Shown: positions 21,045-32,300 of the stretch, one piece after another | Numbering within the stretch: the stretch's first letter is position 1 | Layout of the letters: each line of letters opens with the position of its first letter | Assembly: GCA_934121885.1 (NCBI GenBank) | Contig: CAKOVH010000006.1 | Span: 7,926-71,925 of the forward strand | Direction of reading: 5' to 3' | Length of the DNA stretch: 64,000 nt | Source of the DNA: an uncultured Clostridia bacterium | Lineage (GTDB): Bacteria; Bacillota; Clostridia; TANB77; CAG-508 | Translations under genes and position numbers: made by a program | The notes under the pieces: generated by a model | Databases searched by the model: none | Seen by the model: only the letters and a program-made list of their open reading frames with translations | What the model was told of the DNA's origin: nothing

Positions 21045-21057
21045 GGAGGACTTAAAA

Positions 21058-22068
21058 TTGAAAAAAACTATTTTAATTATAATTAGTGTCCTTATCTTAA
21101 TAAGCATTGTTGTTGGAATTGTAATATATAAAAATAATTCAAAACCAGACACAGGTCTAAATAAGATAAAAGTAAATGAGGTAACTCGTTCTGTATTTTA
21201 TGCTCCACAATATGTTGCAATAAGCGAAGGCTTTTTTGAAAAACATGGAATTGATATAGATCTTACCACAGGTCAAGGTGCAGATGCTGTTATGACAGCA
21301 GTTTTAGCTAACCAATGTGATATTGGATTTGCAGGTCCTGAAGCATCAATATATGTATATAATGAGGGAAAAGAAGATTATACTGAGGTATTTGCTCAAT
21401 TAACTAAGAAAGATGGATCTTTTTTAATTTCAAAAACCAAAACTGACAATTTTAGCTGGCAAGACTTAAAAGGAAAAACTGTAATTCCTGGAAGAAAAGG
21501 TGGAGTTCCATACATGACACTAGAATATGTTTTAAAGAAAAATGGAATTGATCCACAAAAGGATTTAACATTAGATGATAGTATAAAATTCGATTTAATG
21601 GCTGGCGCATTTGCTTCTGGTAATGCTGACTATGTAACTCTTTTTGAGCCAACTGCATCACTTACACAAAGCCAAAACAAAGGTTATATTGTAGCCTCTG
21701 TTGGAAAAGAAGCTGGCGAAATCCCTTATACTGCATATTTTGCGAAAAAAAGTTATATAAAAAATAACGAAAATATAATTCAAAATTTCACAGATGCTAT
21801 ATATGAAGGTCAAAAATGGGTAAAAAGCCATTCTTCAAATGAAATTGCAAAATCAATCCAAAGCTTTTTCCCTAGCACAGATATAGACCAACTTACTGCA
21901 GCTATAAAAAGCTATCAAGACATTGATGCATGGAGCGATACTCCTATTTTAAAAGAAGAAGCATTTAATAGATTACAAGAAGTTATGACAATGGCAGGTG
22001 AATTAAAAAATACAGTGCCATATGATAAAATCATTAATAACACATATGCTGAAAAAGCAATAAAATAG
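21058..22068 (+). CDS. ABC transporter substrate-binding protein (NMT1/THI5-like, SsuA/ThiY-type)
   Basis: TTG start with AAGGAGG RBS, an N-terminal signal-anchor, and a periplasmic-binding fold like SsuA/ThiY. No TPP riboswitch was seen upstream of the operon. Confidence 0.75.
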   Translation: MKKTILIIISVLILISIVVGIVIYKNNSKPDTGLNKIKVNEVTRSVFYAPQYVAISEGFFEKHGIDIDLTTGQGADAVMTAVLANQCDIGFAGPEASIYVYNEGKEDYTEVFAQLTKKDGSFLISKTKTDNFSWQDLKGKTVIPGRKGGVPYMTLEYVLKKNGIDPQKDLTLDDSIKFDLMAGAFASGNADYVTLFEPTASLTQSQNKGYIVASVGKEAGEIPYTAYFAKKSYIKNNENIIQNFTDAIYEGQKWVKSHSSNEIAKSIQSFFPSTDIDQLTAAIKSYQDIDAWSDTPILKEEAFNRLQEVMTMAGELKNTVPYDKIINNTYAEKAIK

Positions 22069-22165
22069 ATAATTAAAAGGGTATTATAATTTAAAGAAAA
22101 CCAAATTTATTAGGTTAAAACTTAATAAATATTTGGTACTTTAGCTAATACCCTTTTTTATTCAT

Positions 22166-23014
22166 TTATATATTAAAAATTTTTTTTGCATTTTTGTATG
22201 TTTGTTCAGCTACCTCTTCCACGCTAATATTTCTAACCTTTGCAATTTTTTCTGCTATATAATAAACATTTTTAGAATCATTTCTTTTTCCCCTATTAGG
22301 TTCTGGAGATAAATATGGGCTATCAGTTTCGATTACCATTTTATCCATAGGCACCATATTTATTATTTCATCTGCATTCTTTGAATTTTTAAATGTTACA
22401 GGTCCTGCAAATGAAATATAAAATCCTAGCTTTAGAGCCTCTTTTACAAGCTCTCTGTTTAAAGGACAACAATGAAAAATTCCGCATTTTCTTGCTTTTG
22501 TTTCATTTTTTAATATTTTTATAGTATCATCTACAGCTTCTCTTGTGTGTATAACAATAGGCAAATTTAAACTATTTGCAAGTTCTATTTGCGACTTAAA
22601 AGCATATTTTTGTAACTCTTTATTTTCTTTATTCCAGTAATAATCAAGTCCTATTTCCCCAATAGCAACGATTTTTTTGCTCATATTTACAGTATTTGCT
22701 GTTTTTTTGTTTACGTTATCCACACTTTCCACATTACTTTGTCTGTAATAATCCACAATAGTTTTTCTTAATTCATCAATTTGATTATCTATATTTTCTT
22801 TATTATCTGGAATGTCATTTGGAGATATTCCACATATTACATACATCCAATCATAAGATTTTGCAATCTCTAATGCTTTCTTTGATGACTCTAAGCTATA
22901 CCCTGCATTCACAAGGTTTTCCACACCATATTCATAAACACTTTTTATGATTTCTTCCCTATCTTCATCAAATTTTTCATCATTATAATGTGCATGTGTA
23001 TCAAATAATTTCAT
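22166..23014 (-). CDS. tatD: TatD-family metal-dependent hydrolase (YabD-like DNase)
   Basis: 'MKLFDTHAHYND', 'AIGEIGLDYYW', 'PIVIHTREA', 'IETDSPYL' TatD blocks. A ~25-aa low-complexity insertion lies between blocks (282 aa). Confidence 0.85.
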   Translation of the reverse strand: MKLFDTHAHYNDEKFDEDREEIIKSVYEYGVENLVNAGYSLESSKKALEIAKSYDWMYVICGISPNDIPDNKENIDNQIDELRKTIVDYYRQSNVESVDNVNKKTANTVNMSKKIVAIGEIGLDYYWNKENKELQKYAFKSQIELANSLNLPIVIHTREAVDDTIKILKNETKARKCGIFHCCPLNRELVKEALKLGFYISFAGPVTFKNSKNADEIINMVPMDKMVIETDSPYLSPEPNRGKRNDSKNVYYIAEKIAKVRNISVEEVAEQTYKNAKKIFNI

Positions 23015-23075
23015 TTAAACCCTCTCCTTTAAAATAAATAAAACTAGCCTAAAAACTAGTTTTATTTTAATATAT

Positions 23076-23465
23076 CTAATTTAGAATGACAACTACACTT
23101 GCAACTGCAAATTCAGCTATATGTGACAAACTTATATCTATGCTTTCAATATTTTTTGATATATTTAAAGATTTAAGTAAATCCATATTAACTTTTGGTC
23201 TTCCAGATTCCTCACTTATTACTTCTATTTGTTTCCACACTAGGTCGTCTCTAGATTTAATCTCATTCGATAATGCTTTAAATACAGCCTCTTTTGCTGC
23301 AAACCTAGCAGCAAAATGTTGGTATTTCATTTTTTTTGATTTATTGCAATAATCAATTTCATTTTCCGTAAAAATTCTATTCAAAAAGTTATCTCCTAAA
23401 TTATTTATTGCATCTTCAACTCTGCTAACCTCAATTATATCAATTCCAGTTAAAGCCTTAGCCAT
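23076..23465 (-). CDS. acpS: Holo-[acyl-carrier-protein] synthase (4'-phosphopantetheinyl transferase)
   Basis: 129 aa with 'GIDIIEVSRV' and 'KEAVFKALS' AcpS motifs. Confidence 0.85.
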   Translation of the reverse strand: MAKALTGIDIIEVSRVEDAINNLGDNFLNRIFTENEIDYCNKSKKMKYQHFAARFAAKEAVFKALSNEIKSRDDLVWKQIEVISEESGRPKVNMDLLKSLNISKNIESIDISLSHIAEFAVASVVVILN

Positions 23466-23469
23466 TAAT

Positions 23470-24732
23470 TTACACTACCCTTCCTAGTAACAAAATTAAG
23501 TTAATTACACATATAACAATAACCATAACCATTGCTATACCAAGTTTTCCATTTTTATTAGAAGTTTCTTCAATATTGTACCTTTTATATAATATATCAT
23601 ATTTATTTTTCAATCTAAGAAATATATCTTGAATATTTAAGTCTTCTTCCCACATTTTGCATAGCATATTTCCTGTTTCATCATCTGTAATTTCTTGTAT
23701 CCATAGATTTTTTGTAAAATCTAAGAAGCATTTTTCAACTTTTTTAAAATTATTTTGGCTATTAAAATCACTACTTATTTTTTTTAGTAAGAACTTTTTA
23801 TACAATTCTAAAATATATGTGTATAAATATTCACTTTGAAATTTTTGCTGAGCAAAAGTATAATTCGCAGGGTTAATATCTGATGTAAGAAGTACTGTTC
23901 CTGCATTTGAAATTCCATAGTGAACATATTTATTTTCATATAGTTCTTTCTTTGTAAGTTTTGATGTTGTAATATCAGAACCTTGTTTGTTTGCAGGATA
24001 AAACATACGATACTTATCAAATAAATTATTTATAGATGACTCATCTGTTTCATCATTCCAATTTATTTGATCTAAACAACAATATGAATATGCTATCATT
24101 TTTTCATCATTCCAATTATGACTTTTAGCTTGGTATGTATAACCTGTTATTTCTTTAATTAATCCATTAATTTCTTTTACATCCTTAAACATGTCTGATT
24201 GCAGACGTATTTTTTCATATTCTTTAAGTTCATATGTTTTTGAATGTATTTCTCTAAATTTATAATTAAAATTTAATACATCTGAAAAGCTTTTATTATC
24301 TAACAATTCAGTTTTAAATATTAAGAAACATATGCCTGTTTTAAAGCAAACTATTTTTATTTTTTGTATGTCAAAAAATATTCCATTTTTCTCACCAATT
24401 TTTCCTTGCAGTTCTTTTGAAAGTTCATAATTAAATACATTACACTCGTGCTCTGCAAGCTGTGTTGCTTTTAAGGCTGTATCCATACTATCTAAACTTC
24501 TTATTCCTTTTTTATCAAGATTAAACGTCCAGAATAAATATTCTCTTATATCTTCAAAAAAATATTGGTATAAATGCAAATCTTTTTCTTTTTCAAAAAT
24601 TCTTAATTTGCAGTTTTTATTTTTCAATAATTTTTGCATATATTTGCTATATTTGTTACTATCAATTACATAAGGATAAATAAAATATGTATATTGATAC
24701 TTCGTCATTAGTTCCACTTTTGTACCTCCCAA
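23470..24732 (-). CDS. Hypothetical protein with a C-terminal TM anchor
   Basis: 420-aa ORF with consistent coding composition and no recognisable catalytic motifs. It ends in the hydrophobic segment 'LGIAMVMVIVICVINLILLLG' and is 4 nt upstream of acpS. Confidence 0.5.
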   Translation of the reverse strand: MGGTKVELMTKYQYTYFIYPYVIDSNKYSKYMQKLLKNKNCKLRIFEKEKDLHLYQYFFEDIREYLFWTFNLDKKGIRSLDSMDTALKATQLAEHECNVFNYELSKELQGKIGEKNGIFFDIQKIKIVCFKTGICFLIFKTELLDNKSFSDVLNFNYKFREIHSKTYELKEYEKIRLQSDMFKDVKEINGLIKEITGYTYQAKSHNWNDEKMIAYSYCCLDQINWNDETDESSINNLFDKYRMFYPANKQGSDITTSKLTKKELYENKYVHYGISNAGTVLLTSDINPANYTFAQQKFQSEYLYTYILELYKKFLLKKISSDFNSQNNFKKVEKCFLDFTKNLWIQEITDDETGNMLCKMWEEDLNIQDIFLRLKNKYDILYKRYNIEETSNKNGKLGIAMVMVIVICVINLILLLGRVV

Positions 24733-24822
24733 TTTTCTTTATCATACAATAAATCTTATTATTTTACAATATTTTTAACAAATAAATTAGGCACAGATTT
24801 AATAATCCATGCCTTCTACTTA

Positions 24823-26346
24823 TTATTTATCAGTAAAATAGTATAAGTTTAAATCTTCACCTAGATGCCATTTTCCAATAAACTCAACTAATACATTTTT
24901 TTCTAATTGATATGATGGTGCCATCTTTACTTTTCCTGCTGAATCAACACATCCCCATAGTCCGTCTTTCTTAATACTTGCATATCCGAACTCATTTTGC
25001 TCACTTGCATCATCATATATGTAATCTACAATCACAATCCCATTTTTATCTACAAATCCATATTTTCCATCTTTTTTTGATAAGAAAATTGTATTGTCTT
25101 TTAATACCTCTTTTGATTGTTTCTCTTCAAATTTAAAATTGTAATATTTATAATTATCTTCAACTCTTACAATCATATAACCTTCATCTGTATTAATGTT
25201 TGAAACAATTCCTGTAAGTCTTACATTTAAATCTGTATCTAATAAATCAGATGTATAATCTGCATTTGTTGCCTCATAAAAGTTTACTGCTTCTCTATAT
25301 ATTAAATCAGAATATTTAGGTTCTAAAAGCACTGTTCCTTCCTTGCTCATAATTCCATACTTATTATCAAGTTTTACAATATAGTTTGACCCTGTTGCAT
25401 ATTTTATATCTTGATATTTTATATCGATTGAAACATTATTTTCATCTATAGTTGTTAATCCATATTTTCCAGATTTTTTTACTATTGCATATTCATTGTT
25501 AATATCTATAATATCGTCATATGTTCCATCTAAGAATTTATCCCCAGTAGAGTCAATAATTTTCCACTTTCCACTTTCTTTTACAACATAATAGTTTCCG
25601 TTTCCGTAAATTGATTTAACGTCATCATATTTAACCTCTACAACTTCTTTTTTGTTCCATGCTATAACACCATATTTATTTTTATCATTTTGTACAATAT
25701 AGCCATTTTCGTATTTATCTGAAATTGCCTTTATATTTTTATATTGATTTTCAATTAACACTGCGCCAGTATTATCTATAAGTCCAAGTTTACTATCTTT
25801 ACTTGTAATTAGACTGTTTGTTGTTCCTTTTAATGCTGTAATAGAATCATAATCACATGGAACTATGTTATTTCCCTTAAAATCAATAATTCCATATTTA
25901 CCATCTTTTTTTACTTTTAATATACCTGTTTCGTACCAAAGAACATTATCAGTATCATAATTTTCAATGGCTTCAACAGTATCATATCCTTGTAGGATTT
26001 CTTCATTTTTTTCATTTAATACCTTTGTTTTATATGTATTATTTGTATAATCTACATCATATGTACATATAAATATTCCTTTAGTTGTATCTGGAATAAC
26101 AATAGCCTCATCATAGCTAGGTGTAATTACAACATTTCCTTTCGAATCTATTACTCCCCATTTATCATTTGAATACACTGCAAAATATTTCTGTGCAACA
26201 GCTTTTTCTACTATTTTACCACTTGATGACATAAGTTTTTTTATACCTATTACAAACATAATAATTACTGCAATTGCAATTATAACAGCAAATACTTTTT
26301 TCATGTTTAGCTTTTGTTCACCATCATACCTTTTTCCTCTACTCAT
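24823..26346 (-). CDS. WG-repeat (KWG/KYG beta-repeat) protein with an N-terminal membrane anchor
   Basis: At least nine 'K(W/Y)G(V/I/L)ID' repeats (KWGVID, KYGIID, KLGLID, KYGVIA, KWKIID, KYGLTT, KYGIMS, KYGFVD, LWGCVD). N-terminal TM 'VFAVIIAIAVIIMFVIGI'. Confidence 0.6.
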   Translation of the reverse strand: MSRGKRYDGEQKLNMKKVFAVIIAIAVIIMFVIGIKKLMSSSGKIVEKAVAQKYFAVYSNDKWGVIDSKGNVVITPSYDEAIVIPDTTKGIFICTYDVDYTNNTYKTKVLNEKNEEILQGYDTVEAIENYDTDNVLWYETGILKVKKDGKYGIIDFKGNNIVPCDYDSITALKGTTNSLITSKDSKLGLIDNTGAVLIENQYKNIKAISDKYENGYIVQNDKNKYGVIAWNKKEVVEVKYDDVKSIYGNGNYYVVKESGKWKIIDSTGDKFLDGTYDDIIDINNEYAIVKKSGKYGLTTIDENNVSIDIKYQDIKYATGSNYIVKLDNKYGIMSKEGTVLLEPKYSDLIYREAVNFYEATNADYTSDLLDTDLNVRLTGIVSNINTDEGYMIVRVEDNYKYYNFKFEEKQSKEVLKDNTIFLSKKDGKYGFVDKNGIVIVDYIYDDASEQNEFGYASIKKDGLWGCVDSAGKVKMAPSYQLEKNVLVEFIGKWHLGEDLNLYYFTDK

Positions 26347-26479
26347 ATTTTACACTTACCTCCGTAGATTATATTCCTATATACTATATCATATATACCT
26401 ATAAAATTACAAGTTTTTTGTCAATTTATACAACAAAAAGACGTAAAATATTACTTACATTTTACGCCTTTATCCATAT

Positions 26480-29032
26480 TTACTTTTTAGTAACTTTAGC
26501 AACCATAACTGTCATATCGTCTTTTTGCTTTCCAAAGTCATTATCGATTGCTTCATTCATAATAATATCTGCAATCTTTTGTGCATCATCTGTTTCAATA
26601 TCTTCTAATAAATATTTAACCCATAACTGTTTATTTAAATATTCTTTGTTAGAATCTATAATACCATCACTACACATAACTAAAATATCGCCATTTTGTA
26701 AATCATAATCATATACCACTAGGTCTGCCTGATCTAATATTCCAGCTGGCAATGTAATTGATTTTAACAATTGTACCTCTCCATTTCTTTTTACGAAGGT
26801 TGGACAAGCACTATTTTTTATAAATTCCATATTACCACTAAACAAATCTAATATTTGTATATCAAGTGTTGCATACATATCTTCACTTGTATTTGCTGAT
26901 AATGTAGAGTTAATTAATTTTAATGAAACATCTTTTTCAAATCCTGCGGATAATAGTCTTTCAAGCATTTTTATGGCTATTTTACTACTTTTCATTGCTT
27001 CTGGTCCAGAACCCATCCCATCACTAATTGCCATTAAATATTTACCATCATCTAATTTTAAATTTAAGCATGTATCTCCTGAAACTGGTGAACCTGCTTT
27101 TGTTGACTTAGACATTCCAACTTGTACTTTATATTTATCATCTGATAAATATGAAAATTTACATTGTTCTTTTTGGTTTCGTAATCCACATTCTTCACTT
27201 TGTATAATCATTTTATCGTCAATTACTTTACTTACAATTTTGCCAATCTTTTTGATATCGCATTCTGTACCATCTGTACTTTCACAAGTATTAGTATACA
27301 CAGTAACTGCATACCTTCCTGAACTTGACTTCTTTATTGCTATATCTTGTATAGTAATTTCCTTTTGCTCAAGCAGTCTTTTTATTTCCTCTTTTTGCTT
27401 TGCAAAAATATCCTCATCTTTTTGTTTAATATCTTCAGCCATTTTTGATATTGCCTCAGATACACCCTTTAATTGAGATGATACATTTTTCTTGCTTTCA
27501 TCCATTTTCTTTTTCCATATGAAATTTATTTTACTCATACGATAAGAATAATTAAGAATTTTAACAATTTTATACACATCTTCTTTTGCTTTTTCATTTG
27601 TATCTTCAAATCCAACAATATAATTATTATGTTTTTCCAAAATTTTAATTAAATCTTTTTCAGTAATAATATCATTTTCAAGTAAACAATTAAATATATC
27701 CTTTACCATATCATCATCTGGATAATACATTGTTTCATAAAGCATATTATCTTCTAAGCCATTTAAATACTGTCTAAATTCTTCAGTAAATATTTCTATA
27801 TTTGATTTTTCTTGCTGTTTTAATTCATCTTCTGAAAGTATTGTAGCTGCTGCCTCTTGGTAGCTTTCCGCCATATCAAATATTGTTTCTGACATACTAT
27901 TTAATTTATATATTGTATCTTTATTTTCTTCTAAACTTCTTCCTGTTGTTTCTGGAAGTAATTTAGTTTTACCAAATAAATCTTCAATATTAATTTTTAT
28001 ATTTTTAGGAATAGCAATCAATCCAAGTGATGCAATTAATATTTCCTGAAACATAATTAAAGGAACTGTATTTCCATTTGATGCATATGCAATAACTATA
28101 TTTCCAATTATAAATCCAACAATTACACCTATTCTTCCGAACTTATTTAATAGTCCTGATATCATTCCAGATACAGCATAAACAGCAATCATTATAGGTT
28201 CAGAACCACCTATAATACCTAAAACAACGCCAATTGTTATTCCACCTGTAGCTCCAACTAAGATTCCGTTTTTCCATCCTAATACTAGAACTATTAAAAT
28301 ACTAAGTATATTCTTAACTGAAAATCCCCATATATTAAAATCGCCAAATGAAGAAATTGCAATGGTTAAAAGTAGGCTTGTTCCCATTACTTCTTCAATT
28401 GTGAAAGCTTTTTTATCTCCAAACTCTTTTATCATTTTTATGGAATTAGCAAATATTTTGTAAAATATATATGTTGTCATTCCAAGCATTACACCTGTTA
28501 ATAAATCAAATACATAAAATGTTCTAAAAAATAATGGCACAACTTGTACAATAACTACTGCAAAAAATAATTGTCCGCCAACTCTTCTCATTTCGTTTGT
28601 ATCATTTTGAAGTCTTGGTCTAATAATAAGTACTAAAATAAAGAAAACAAGTGAAGTTGCTATATATGTTATAAGACTATTAGTGCCAAACTTTATAAAT
28701 GTACCTATTAACGATAATACATACATAATTCCTATAGCTTGTCCATTACTAAATGCTGCTGCAAGAAGAGCAAGTCCAAATGGTACAATTGAAAATATTA
28801 AGTTATTAGAACTTAAGCCCACCATAGAAACCATAAAGCTAATTATATATAGTGCAATATTTTGTTTATCAAATAGTCTTTTTATAATTTCTTTAACATT
28901 TTGTTTTTTGTTTGGCTTAACATCCTCATTTAATTCTTCTGAAAAATCTCTTGATATATTTTGAAACATCCTTACCACCTCTACTTTTTTATTTACGCAT
29001 ACTATTTTTATTGCTTGTACATTATAGTTCAT
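26480..29032 (-). CDS. spoIIE: Stage II sporulation protein E (polytopic membrane PP2C phosphatase)
   Basis: 850 aa. About 10 N-terminal TM helices, a central regulatory region, and a C-terminal PP2C domain ('MAISDGMGSG', 'VMCSDGI'). Hairpin terminator downstream at about 26420-26460. Confidence 0.9.
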   Translation of the reverse strand: MNYNVQAIKIVCVNKKVEVVRMFQNISRDFSEELNEDVKPNKKQNVKEIIKRLFDKQNIALYIISFMVSMVGLSSNNLIFSIVPFGLALLAAAFSNGQAIGIMYVLSLIGTFIKFGTNSLITYIATSLVFFILVLIIRPRLQNDTNEMRRVGGQLFFAVVIVQVVPLFFRTFYVFDLLTGVMLGMTTYIFYKIFANSIKMIKEFGDKKAFTIEEVMGTSLLLTIAISSFGDFNIWGFSVKNILSILIVLVLGWKNGILVGATGGITIGVVLGIIGGSEPIMIAVYAVSGMISGLLNKFGRIGVIVGFIIGNIVIAYASNGNTVPLIMFQEILIASLGLIAIPKNIKINIEDLFGKTKLLPETTGRSLEENKDTIYKLNSMSETIFDMAESYQEAAATILSEDELKQQEKSNIEIFTEEFRQYLNGLEDNMLYETMYYPDDDMVKDIFNCLLENDIITEKDLIKILEKHNNYIVGFEDTNEKAKEDVYKIVKILNYSYRMSKINFIWKKKMDESKKNVSSQLKGVSEAISKMAEDIKQKDEDIFAKQKEEIKRLLEQKEITIQDIAIKKSSSGRYAVTVYTNTCESTDGTECDIKKIGKIVSKVIDDKMIIQSEECGLRNQKEQCKFSYLSDDKYKVQVGMSKSTKAGSPVSGDTCLNLKLDDGKYLMAISDGMGSGPEAMKSSKIAIKMLERLLSAGFEKDVSLKLINSTLSANTSEDMYATLDIQILDLFSGNMEFIKNSACPTFVKRNGEVQLLKSITLPAGILDQADLVVYDYDLQNGDILVMCSDGIIDSNKEYLNKQLWVKYLLEDIETDDAQKIADIIMNEAIDNDFGKQKDDMTVMVAKVTKK

Positions 29033-29244
29033 ATATTTTTATTTTTTTGTCATATTTAATACGTAATATAAAAAAGTTTTTTACATTATGTGATATGTTG
29101 TTTTATTTTTTTATTAAATAAAACAAATTATGTTTAACATTTTATCGTAAAATAGCGAAAATTTCAATATATTTTTGATAATTGTGTGGATTACCATTAA
29201 AAATATCTACTTTTCAAATTACATGTGGATATTTTTTTAAAACA

Positions 29245-29284
29245 AAAATACCCCAAACTTCAAATTGAAATTTTAGGGTATTTT
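29245..29284 (-). terminator. Putative terminator after the tandem giant-protein operon
   Basis: 'aaaataccccaaa...tttagggtatttt': 13-bp stem with 1 mismatch, flanked by A/T runs. Confidence 0.4.
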
Positions 29285-29310
29285 TGTTTATACTTTATTA
29301 AGTACTACTT

Positions 29311-32300
29311 TTATTTTCTTAATACTTTTTTAATAATTAATGTAATGCCTCCAATTAAGATTAATCCAATTGTAATACCTAATATGTAGTAGATAGGTGA
29401 TGCTCCAAATGGTGGTAATATAATTACCTTTTCTGCTACACTTGCATCAACTTCTTGTGCATCCTCTAATGGATTTTGGTTTCCTACTACTGAGTAAGCC
29501 ATTCTTCTACCAACTATATTACTTGTACTTACAATTTCAGTTATATTTCTGTATGTTAAGTCATCACTCTTATTTTCTGCTGTTATTAATTGTGATAATA
29601 CAAGAGTTTTTTCATTAACTTCACCTGGTTTTAAGTCTTTAGATAATTCAGATGTTTGGATAATTGTATTAAACTTACTTACATTGTCTGTTAATTTTGC
29701 ATTTACTAAGTTTTGATTTATTAAATTGTCCTTACTTATTACTGACCATCCACTATTTCTACTATCGCTACTATTAAATTGTAAATTATTTGCTACGTAA
29801 TCTACTACTTGGTTAGCATTTGTTGTTACAACATTACCTGATTGCTTTCCTTTATAATAAAATTCTTTTCCATCATAATCTACTTCTCCAACATTTGCAA
29901 CTGCTATTCTATATGTAATTTCTATAGTTGCTCCATGCATTAATTCTTCATCCATTGTTAATTGTACTAAACCTTTGTCTGCATTTTTTACTAAATTATT
30001 AACCTCTTCTCTATATGAATATCTATTCTTGCCATCTTTTCCATAATACACTTCATATTTATCATTTTTCTTTTTGTCTGCTAAATTATATTCTGTATGT
30101 CCTTTCCAAACAACATTATCGCCTTTTTTATTTACATCAAATAGAACAGTATTATTTGCTAATGTAACTTTAATATTTGTTATAGATTTATTAATTTCAA
30201 GTTGTGCTTTTGGTCTTTCAACTAATCCAATGTTTATATTTTCAAGCTTATAACTTGGATTTCCATTTTCAGATTCACTTTGTAAATTACTTTCAACTTC
30301 TACAACTACTACACCAGATTCTGCTGTTGCTGTTGTATTTTTAATTAACTCTTGTCTTAACGCTTCTACTTCGCTAGCTGAATACTTATTTCCGTTATAG
30401 CTTGGTGTTTCATATAGTATAGAAAGAATTTCTGCAATTCCATTTGTTACATTTGTTTTACTATAGTTGTTTATTTGTTCTCTTACAGACCAAATGTCTT
30501 TTGCATTAGATACATTATCTTTCTTAGTTGCTATATTAAATCCGTATTCTCCTGTTTCATTTTGATTATTAGCATCCAAATATCCTTTATATCTTCCATC
30601 TAAGTCTGTTGTAGGAGTTTGATCAATCCCTGCTTGATATGTTGTCGTTTTGTAATCTTGACCATTATATGATTTTCCATTATTTTTGTCTGCTCCTGAT
30701 AGTCCTTCACCATATTTAAATCTTATTACATAATCACCTGGAATATAACTATCAAATTTATATGTTCCATCACTAGCTGTTTCCGTAGTTGCCCAAACAT
30801 ATTCTCCTTTTGGATTATTTATATCCCATACTGTTTTCTCAACTAATTGTACTTCAATTCCTGCAATTTTTGTTTCTTTATTGTCCATAATTCCATTTCC
30901 AATCATTGCATTTCCTTCATTTACAGTTCTTTCATCTTCCCAAGCAGTTCCATTTAACGTTCTTGTATTACCTGTAAGTTTTACATTTAATGCTGGAGCT
31001 GTATCTTCATCATCTTCATCATATAGTTCGTTCCTTCCTGGTTGTCCGTTTTTTCCCATAGAACTTGGTATTGAGTCTCTATCGACTCTACCTGCTATCA
31101 TATTGTCTCCAGTTACCTTATAACTATTTTCACCATTATAATGTGGTAATGTTGTCTTTCCACCCTTATAATATGTTTTAAATGCTCCAATTTCTGCTTT
31201 ATTTATTTTATCACCTAAACTTACTTGTCCATTACTATCATTTTTTAATTTGAATGTTAAATAAATATATTGTGTCTCTCCTGATTCTTGCTTTTTATCA
31301 ACATCTATTGTTATGGTTCCTTTTTTATTATCACTTGCTTTTGGAATTGCACCCCACTCAGCTACATTACCTTTTTCAAAGCTATCCTGTAACTTATCTC
31401 TTGTTTCTTTATCTTTTTTATAGTTTGTTTTACTTTGCCATGATAAACTTGGAATGTATTCAAATGTGCTATCGTAGTAATCATATACAGTTGTTGCATG
31501 TCCTAACATACTCATTGATTGGTTACGTACTGCTACTTTGTATGTTGCATATACTTCTAATAATCCATTGGCATTTCCATTCTTTCCTTTAAAGTTCCAA
31601 TCTGCATCATCTAAGTTTCTTTCATATCCACCAACAACATTTATTGTCCACCCTGCATATCCAGCATCACTATTTGCTTGTTGTCCATCTTCAGAATTTG
31701 CTAATTTATTATCATATCCATATACTTCAGTTTTTCCATTAATTTTTAAAGTTGCTACATATAAATCTTTCTTTAATGCCATATCAAACTCTATTCTTTG
31801 TGTAATACCAAAGTCTATATGTTTAATACTATCGTTATCATCATATACTGCTTTATATGTTGTACCAGATACAGTTTTTATGTCTTTACCTATTACAAAC
31901 TGATCATGTTTTGGATATTTAACAAGTGCATCTTTTCCATCGCTACCTGTGAATGCTGATAAAGTAAATATTCCTGGTTCATTATAATATTGTGTTCTTT
32001 GATCATCATATCTTAATTGTTCAACTGTGTATCCTTCATTACCATCTATTTCTTCGAATTTCTTATTTAGTAAATCTCTATCACTTGTTGTTTCGGTAGC
32101 TATAGAGTGTTTGTCATCTAATTGATCTGTATATATTGTATTTTCATATTGTTGTCCATTATACTTAAATTCAACATAATATTTTTTCATTGCATCAAGT
32201 TTTTCAAATTTATATTTACCTTCACCATCTGTAGATTTTTGCTCAACAACTTTATTATCCTCATCGTAAAGAATTACTGGTATATTATTTACAGGTTTTT

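Noticed and set aside
22069-22165. Long nested hairpin between the convergent ABC substrate-binding and tatD genes, considered as a possible sRNA or riboswitch
   Set aside because: The 12-bp outer stem (aaaagggtatta/taatacccttttt) with T/A tracts on both sides, between convergent genes, fits a bidirectional terminator. There are no conserved riboswitch core motifs.
26418-26708. 96-aa plus-strand ORF at the spoIIE 3' end
   Set aside because: It overlaps the spoIIE C-terminal PP2C domain in antisense. The region between 26347 and 26479 is better explained by the spoIIE terminator hairpin.
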